A stretch of DNA of 64,000 nucleotides from Pseudomonadota bacterium (lineage in GTDB: Bacteria; Pseudomonadota; Alphaproteobacteria; Sphingomonadales; CAKZYD01): NCBI GenBank assembly GCA_039814715.1, contig JBCCAR010000016.1, positions 12,030 to 76,029 on the forward strand, given 5' to 3'. Position 1 is the stretch's first letter. The number at the start of each line of letters is the position of its first letter. The notes beneath the pieces were generated by a model. It did not search any database. It was not told where the DNA came from and worked only from the letters and a program-made list of their open reading frames with translations. This document shows positions 58,691 to 64,000 of this stretch, in pieces. The position numbers were made by a program, and so were the translations under genes.

Positions 58691-60043
58691 TTATTCGCTG
58701 GCAGGGTCTTCGTCCGGCTTTTGGACGGAAGCCAAGCTTTGGCGGCGGTTTATACCTTTGGCTCTGGCTCTTAATCCGCGGCCTGTTTCGATGCTGGTCT
58801 TGCCAAATTTATCGCGGATGCCGGACATTACAGTTTCAAGCGCATCATCGCTGCGCAGCCCGGTATCGCCGAATAGGTCGGCAGCGACCCTATCGTCTTG
58901 CGCGCAAGGGGATAAACCCGACACGCCAACCCCGAGCAAGCGGAAAGCCTGGCCATTTGCTTCCACGCGCAGCAAGGCATTGGCGGTGTCAAAGATTGTC
59001 CGCGCCGTGCGGACGCGCTGGCCTGGTGTAGCGCTGCGGGTGACGAGGCGAAAATCTGGTGTTTTGAGTTTGAGGTGAACGGTTTTTGCGCTGAGCGCCT
59101 TGCTTCGCAAATTGGCTGCAATCTCTTCGCTGAGGCTCCAGCATAGGTCAGACAGCGTCTCAAACGCGCTGATATCATTGGTGAAGGTGCGCTCGCTGGA
59201 TATGCTCTTGGCTTGCCTAGTTGGTTTAACGGCGCGCGAATCCAGGCCGTTCGCCAGCCGCCAGATATGCTGCCCCATGCTGCCATATTTAGCCAAAAGC
59301 CGGTCTTCTTCCATCGCTTGTATCTGGCCTAAGTGGGTGATGCCGCCACGCGAAAGCTTAGCTGCAAACGCTTTGCCGACCCCCCAAAGCAGCGTGACGG
59401 GTTGCGGCGCTAAAAAGTCCATTGTCTCGGCTTCACCAATGGCGAAAAATCCGCGTGGCTTGCGATAATCTGACGCGATTTTTGCGAGAAATTTGTTATG
59501 GCTGAGGCCAATGGAGACGGTAATGCCAATCTCTGTTTCGATCTGCTCAGCCAGCTTTAACAAGACTGTTGCTGGGCTGGCGCCGTGCAGCCGCTGCGTG
59601 CCTGACAGGTCCAAAAAGGCTTCATCCACAGAAATCGGCTCGATCTGCGGCGTCACGCGCAGCATGAGCGCGCGGATTTGCCGGCTCACAGTCCGGTAGT
59701 GCTCCATGCGGGGTTTGACAATGACTGCGCCTGGGCAGGCCTTGCGCGCTTTAAACATCGGCATCGCGGATTTCACGCCTGACAACCGGGCAATATAGCA
59801 CGCCGTCGTCACCACGCCGCGCGTCCCGCCGCCTACAATCACCGGCGTATCGCGCAGCGCGGGGTTGTCGCGTTTTTCAACGGCAGCATAAAACGCATCG
59901 CAGTCTAAATGCGCCAGGGATAGAGAGTGCAGTTCGCTATGGCTGACCGTACTGCGTCCCCCGCACGCAGGGCAAGGCGCACCCTCCTCAGGAGCGTCAA
60001 ATGCAGTAAAACACGTGCGGCATAACGCAGGAAGCATGACCAA
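58691..60043 (-). CDS. dinB: DNA polymerase IV (Y-family) with N-terminal Cys4 extension
   Basis: 'HLDCDAFYAAVEKRDNP', 'ISVDEAFLDL' and the palm/little-finger order are present. The N-terminal 'CRTC...CPAC' is a zinc-ribbon-like extension. Confidence 0.85.
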   Translation of the reverse strand: MVMLPALCRTCFTAFDAPEEGAPCPACGGRSTVSHSELHSLSLAHLDCDAFYAAVEKRDNPALRDTPVIVGGGTRGVVTTACYIARLSGVKSAMPMFKARKACPGAVIVKPRMEHYRTVSRQIRALMLRVTPQIEPISVDEAFLDLSGTQRLHGASPATVLLKLAEQIETEIGITVSIGLSHNKFLAKIASDYRKPRGFFAIGEAETMDFLAPQPVTLLWGVGKAFAAKLSRGGITHLGQIQAMEEDRLLAKYGSMGQHIWRLANGLDSRAVKPTRQAKSISSERTFTNDISAFETLSDLCWSLSEEIAANLRSKALSAKTVHLKLKTPDFRLVTRSATPGQRVRTARTIFDTANALLRVEANGQAFRLLGVGVSGLSPCAQDDRVAADLFGDTGLRSDDALETVMSGIRDKFGKTSIETGRGLRARAKGINRRQSLASVQKPDEDPASE

Positions 60044-60082
60044 CTTAAGATAGCCGCGTGTCGGTGTCCTTACCAGGCTCTA

Positions 60083-60742
60083 TTAGGCAGTCTTTGACCA
60101 ATGCGCCAAATGGCTATGCAGCGCGTCCCAGTCATGCAGGCGCACATGCGCGCTATCGGGTTTTTCAATAAGCGGCGCTAAGCGTGGGCTGGCCACATAG
60201 TGAATCCGGTGCACATCGGGCGCATGCTGCGCCACCGAATCATGGTTGGGCGGCAAATCGTCAATAAAGGCCGCATCGCGGCGCCAGCTGCCGACAAGCG
60301 CTTCCACAGCGCGGCCCTTGCCGCCGGTATTGCAGATCACGGGGTACGCCATGCCAACCTGCGCAAGAGAGGCGGCGCGTCGCTGTGCCTGCGCGCCAGG
60401 GAGGTTCGTGAGAACGCAAACCGTCATATCGCTTGAGAGCTGCGATAAGGCTTCCGGCGCACCCTCAACCGCGGCAGAGGTGTGAATGTCGCTCTTAAAG
60501 AACTCTTGCATGAGCGCTGAGACGACATCATTGGAGGCAATGGCGCCTGTTTTACGCTCGCGCACATTGCCATGTAGAGCAAAACTCTCGAGCCGAACAT
60601 GATAGCCCTGCCGATCAAGAAACCCTTCGAGCGTCTCAAAGAACTGCAGCAAAACCTCATCGGCGTCGCAAATCAGAAGAGGTCGGTCACGGTCTGCTGT
60701 CTTTAAGAACGCAGCGATCGCGCTCTTGGTATGGTCTTCCAT
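60083..60742 (-). CDS. HAD-superfamily hydrolase-like protein
   Basis: 219 aa. The N-terminal 'LLICDADEVLL' (DxD) and a late 'AAFIDDLPPN' acidic motif are present. Confidence 0.5.
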   Translation of the reverse strand: MEDHTKSAIAAFLKTADRDRPLLICDADEVLLQFFETLEGFLDRQGYHVRLESFALHGNVRERKTGAIASNDVVSALMQEFFKSDIHTSAAVEGAPEALSQLSSDMTVCVLTNLPGAQAQRRAASLAQVGMAYPVICNTGGKGRAVEALVGSWRRDAAFIDDLPPNHDSVAQHAPDVHRIHYVASPRLAPLIEKPDSAHVRLHDWDALHSHLAHWSKTA

Positions 60743-60754
60743 GCGCGCTGGTCC

Positions 60755-61042
60755 CTAGGATTGCATCAAGCGTTCATGGCCTGCTGCCTGCGCCAGCAAA
60801 GCCAATTGTTCGGCAGATAAGTCATGCTGCTGGCAATAGTCGCGGGCCCAGCGTTCATCGCTGAGCAAATATTCGGTAACGTGAAGCGCAAGCCCACTGT
60901 CCTGCGCTGCTAAGGCCTGTTTGAGCCCGTCCGGCTCTAAGCCGGCCAGATCAATTAGGCCATGCAAGCGCGCGTCATCCTGCGCTAAAAACGCAAAAGC
61001 GGTGAGCACAAAGTGCTGTGTTTCAAATGGCAAAGCAGGCAT
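60755..61042 (-). CDS. Small conserved hypothetical protein (DUF3572-like), divergent from divK
   Basis: 95 aa. I recall this position next to divK-pleD from other alphaproteobacteria. The family call is tentative. Confidence 0.4.
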   Translation of the reverse strand: MPALPFETQHFVLTAFAFLAQDDARLHGLIDLAGLEPDGLKQALAAQDSGLALHVTEYLLSDERWARDYCQQHDLSAEQLALLAQAAGHERLMQS

Positions 61043-61129
61043 AGGGGTTCGCGCGGCTGGTCAATCGTGTTTCCCACCTGCTATGACGGGTTGGGAGCCG
61101 ACTTGCAACGGGGGAGCGAGAAAAGCCAA

Positions 61130-61561
61130 ATGACCAGCCAAACGCCGGCGCCGGCAACCAGCGATCAGCCGCCAGAAGAACGCATCAAAGTTCTTGTGGT
61201 TGAAGATAATGATCTCAACATGAAATTGTTCTGTGACTTGCTCGAAGCGCATGACTTTGCAGCTCTGCAAACCAGGGACGGCCTTGCCGCCATTGACATC
61301 GCTAAAGCTGAGCTGCCGCAGCTCATCCTGATGGATATTCAGTTGCCGCAAATTTCTGGTTTGGAAATCACCCGCAGAATTAAGGCTGATGCGTTAACGT
61401 CGCAGATACCAATCGTGGCTATAACGGCATTTGCAATGAAGGGCGATGAGGAAAAAGTCCGATCTGCTGGCTGCGAGGGGTACATCTCCAAGCCAATCAG
61501 CGTGAAAGGCTTTATTCAAACAGTTCGTCAATTTGCGGGGCTGACGGAGATAAATAATTGA
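61130..61561 (+). CDS. divK: Single-domain response regulator DivK
   Basis: ATG 61130 gives the REC domain: 'KVLVVEDNDLNMKL', 'LILMDIQLP' and 'ISKPI'. It lies immediately upstream of pleD. Confidence 0.8.
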   Translation: MTSQTPAPATSDQPPEERIKVLVVEDNDLNMKLFCDLLEAHDFAALQTRDGLAAIDIAKAELPQLILMDIQLPQISGLEITRRIKADALTSQIPIVAITAFAMKGDEEKVRSAGCEGYISKPISVKGFIQTVRQFAGLTEINN

Positions 61562-62955
61562 CTGCGCGCGTGCTCATCGTCGACGACGTGATGCCAAACC
61601 TGAGGTTACTTCAGGCGAAGCTGGACCGCGAGTATTTCGAGGTCATAACGGCGCAATCGGGGCAAGACGCACTGGATCAGATTGAGCGCGAGCATCCGGA
61701 TATTGTATTGCTGGATGTGATGATGCCTGACATGGACGGCCTTGAAGTGTGCCGCCGCATCAAGAAAAATCCTGATACGGCCTATTTGCCCGTTGTTCTC
61801 GTGACAGCTCTGGACCAGCCGCAAGACCGCGTTGCCGGCCTTGAAGCGGGGGCCGATGATTTTTTGACGAAGCCGCTAGATGATGTGTCGCTTTATTCGC
61901 GCGTGCGCTCTCTGGTGCGGCTAAAGCTGACGATTGATGAGCTGCGCAACCGCGATTCGTCCGCTTCTATGTTCGACGATGATGCATCAATGCTGAAAAA
62001 GCCGATTAAAGATGCGCGCCTGTTGATGCTGGATACGACGGGTAGTGATGTAAATGTTGTACGCACCTGCCTTGAGCCCTTTGGCCAAGTTGATGTTGCG
62101 CGCAGCGCTGCTGAAGTTCTGCAAATTGCCCCGCGCGTATCATATGATTGCATCATCCTGCCTGTTATTGATGGGGATGTGGACGGCCTGCGCATTGCTT
62201 CACGTTTGCGCTCAACGCGTGAAACGCGCCAAGTGCCGATTGTCTGTATTGCTGAGATCAGCAACCGAGACCGGTTGGTCAAGGCGATGGATATTGGCGT
62301 GAACGATTATATCGTCCGCCCCATTGATGCGCTTGAGCTTGTCGCGCGGGTGCGCACTCAAATCCGCCGCAAGCGCTTTGCAGATGTGCTGCGCGAAAAT
62401 TTGCACATGTCTATCAAACTCGCCACCACTGATTCGGTGACGGGACTGCACAACCGCCACTACATGACCAGCCAGCTGAAATCCATGTGGGAGCTGGCGC
62501 GCAAAGAGGGCCATCCGCTGTCGCTTGCCATTCTTGATTTGGATAAGTTCAAGCTGGTTAACGACACGCACGGCCATACCGCTGGCGATGAAGTGCTAAC
62601 AGAATTTGCTCGCCGGATCTCACAGTCTGTGCGCGGTATTGATCTCGCCGCCCGCTATGGCGGGGAAGAATTTGTCGTGATTATGCCCGATACGCCCTTG
62701 CAGATCGCTGGCAAAGTTGGTGAGCGGCTGCGCGCACTGACCGCAGATACGCCGTTTCCGGTGTCTGCTGAGGCAGGCGAACTGACCGTTACGGTGAGTA
62801 TCGGTATTGCGCAGCTGACGGCTGAGGATGCAGACCCAACGGCGCTCATGGAGCGCGCAGACGAAGCGCTTTACGACGCCAAGCACGGCGGGCGCAACCA
62901 GGTCTGCCTCGCAGATCCGCCTGAACAAGAAGAGCGCCAAGCCGCTGCTGGCTAG
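61558..62955 (+). CDS. pleD: Response regulator diguanylate cyclase PleD (REC-REC-GGDEF)
   Basis: The TTG start overlaps the divK stop (TTGA). The N-terminus is MTARVLIVDDVMPNLRLLQAKL. The 'RYGGEEFVVIM' active site and 'RxxD'-type region are present. Confidence 0.85.
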   Translation: MTARVLIVDDVMPNLRLLQAKLDREYFEVITAQSGQDALDQIEREHPDIVLLDVMMPDMDGLEVCRRIKKNPDTAYLPVVLVTALDQPQDRVAGLEAGADDFLTKPLDDVSLYSRVRSLVRLKLTIDELRNRDSSASMFDDDASMLKKPIKDARLLMLDTTGSDVNVVRTCLEPFGQVDVARSAAEVLQIAPRVSYDCIILPVIDGDVDGLRIASRLRSTRETRQVPIVCIAEISNRDRLVKAMDIGVNDYIVRPIDALELVARVRTQIRRKRFADVLRENLHMSIKLATTDSVTGLHNRHYMTSQLKSMWELARKEGHPLSLAILDLDKFKLVNDTHGHTAGDEVLTEFARRISQSVRGIDLAARYGGEEFVVIMPDTPLQIAGKVGERLRALTADTPFPVSAEAGELTVTVSIGIAQLTAEDADPTALMERADEALYDAKHGGRNQVCLADPPEQEERQAAAG

Positions 62956-63219
62956 TGGATTGGCTCAGCCAAATGGCACCCATAGGATCCCAAAGTCCGG
63001 GGTCTCGGCAGGAGGCGGTTTGCAGGCGATGCGGTGCATCGTCAAAATTCGTCGACGCACCGAGACGCCGGAGTTTGGGACCCGAAGGGCGCTTTTCCAA
63101 GCTCACCGGCTGCGTTGCCCGCCGCTTGTGATGCACCGCATCACCGCACGCCGCGCGCCTGACCAGATGAACTTGGAAAAGCGTCCTATGGGTACTATTT
63201 GTCTGAGCCAATCCACTAG
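62952..63219. mobile_element. 268-bp MITE-like / nested-palindrome intergenic element
   Basis: The 36-nt terminal inverted repeats (62952-62987 vs 63184-63219) match at 33/36 and both end in CTAG. Internal inverted repeats: 62988-63008/63060-63080 (19/21), 63087-63101/63172-63186 (14/15) and 63028-63040/63130-63142 (13/13). Confidence 0.6.
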
Positions 63220-63242
63220 TGAAGTCATAACAGGGGGCCGCC

Positions 63243-64000
63243 CTGACACTCAATGATTATGACTACAGTCTCAGTGATGAGCGCATTGCGCTCTACCCCG
63301 CTGACCCGCCAGATACCTCGCGCCTGCTCGTTCTTAAGGCAGCTGATGCACCAGTTGACGAGACCTTCTTAAACCTACCGCAGCATTTGCGCGAAGGCGA
63401 TGTCCTCGTCTTCAACGATACGAAAGTGATCCCAGCGCGGCTAAAAGGGCGCCGTGGCGACGCAAAGGTGGAGGTCACTCTGCATCGCCAGCTTGGCCAC
63501 GATGCTGGTCATTGGCTCAGTTTCGTTAAAAACGCGAAGCGGTTGCGCGTCGATGATATCGTCCATTTCAGTGATGATTTTCGGGCCAAGGTGCTTGAAA
63601 AACTGGATGATGGCCAAGTCCTCTTTGACTTTACGGCGTCTGCGGAGAGCTTGTCACAAAAGCTAAGCGACTACGGCCAAATGCCGCTGCCGCCCTATAT
63701 CGCCAGCCGCCGCCCTGTGAATGAACAAGATGCCAATGACTATCAGTCAATTTTTGCGCAAAAACCGGGGGCGGTGGCTGCGCCGACTGCCAGTTTGCAC
63801 TTTACGCAAAGGGTCATAAGCGCGCTTCAGGCAGCCGGGATAACCCAAGACATTGTGACACTCCATGTGGGCGCAGGCACATTTCTGCCGGTTAAAGTCG
63901 ACAACATTGATGAGCATAAAATGCACAGCGAGTACGGCGAGATAACGCATGGCGCTGCTGAGCGCTTAATGGCGGCAAAACAAGAAGGCCGGCGTATCAT
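63243..64000 (+). CDS. queA: S-adenosylmethionine:tRNA ribosyltransferase-isomerase (3' end cut by the window edge)
   Basis: My own translation gives (M)TLNDYDYSLSDERIALYPADPPDTSRLLVL...FNDTKVIPARL...MPLPPYI...GAVAAPTASLHFT...LHVGAGTFLPV...HKMHSE. It is not in the ORF track because there is no ATG/GTG/TTG at the N-terminus and no stop in the window. Confidence 0.85.
   Translation, partial: MTLNDYDYSLSDERIALYPADPPDTSRLLVLKAADAPVDETFLNLPQHLREGDVLVFNDTKVIPARLKGRRGDAKVEVTLHRQLGHDAGHWLSFVKNAKRLRVDDIVHFSDDFRAKVLEKLDDGQVLFDFTASAESLSQKLSDYGQMPLPPYIASRRPVNEQDANDYQSIFAQKPGAVAAPTASLHFTQRVISALQAAGITQDIVTLHVGAGTFLPVKVDNIDEHKMHSEYGEITHGAAERLMAAKQEGRRI

Noticed and set aside
62828-63256. Two mirror-image ORFs (62828..63256 +, 142 aa; 62846..63253 -, 135 aa) covering the pleD-queA spacer
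   Set aside because: They are near mirror images of each other (for example MGTICLSQSTSEV versus MGAIWLSQSTSQQ). The underlying DNA is a long imperfect palindrome, and the plus-strand ORF also overlaps the pleD 3' end. This is best explained as an artefact of the inverted-repeat element, not as coding sequence.
1-64000. Searched intergenic regions longer than 100 nt for tRNA/rRNA/tmRNA-like sequences and for CRISPR-like regularly spaced repeats
   Set aside because: I recognised no cloverleaf-like or rRNA-like sequence and no array of spaced direct repeats by eye. tRNAscan-SE, Infernal and a CRISPR finder would be the decisive checks.

Overview
This looks like a chromosomal segment from a high-G+C alphaproteobacterium. 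The evidence is the divK-pleD pair, the cdnL-fdxA-S4-helicase cluster, an rpoH of the alphaproteobacterial type, an Flp pilin and the bolA/J-domain/cobS/cobT/rpmB synteny. It is densely coding, with about 60 CDS. I saw no rRNA, tRNA or CRISPR array. All family calls come from reading motifs in the supplied translations; no database search was run.

Most of the content is housekeeping: metF plus a split metH, kefB/C-like, queD, rpoH, methylmalonyl-CoA mutase and MeaB, rpmB, aroK-aroB, xerD, accA, secA, argJ, dinB and queA.

Four things stand out:
1. **Candidate defence module (most interesting).** A roughly 2.4-kb low-G+C islet at about 4.53-6.96 kb sits between metH and the K+ efflux gene. It carries two overlapping genes, an ABC/SMC-type ATPase and a DUF4435/Toprim-like protein. 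This is the PARIS (AriA/AriB) architecture, with no integrase or tRNA nearby.
2. **MITE-like element.** A 268-bp nested-palindrome element (62952-63219) abuts the pleD stop codon and lies just upstream of a queA that appears to start at CTG.
3. **Doc/AbrB toxin-antitoxin pair** next to a protein with a PEP-CTERM-like tail.
4. **Orphan Flp pilin** with an AT-rich leader containing a CtrA-like box.

There are also several smaller regulatory-looking repeats and small coupled ORFs.
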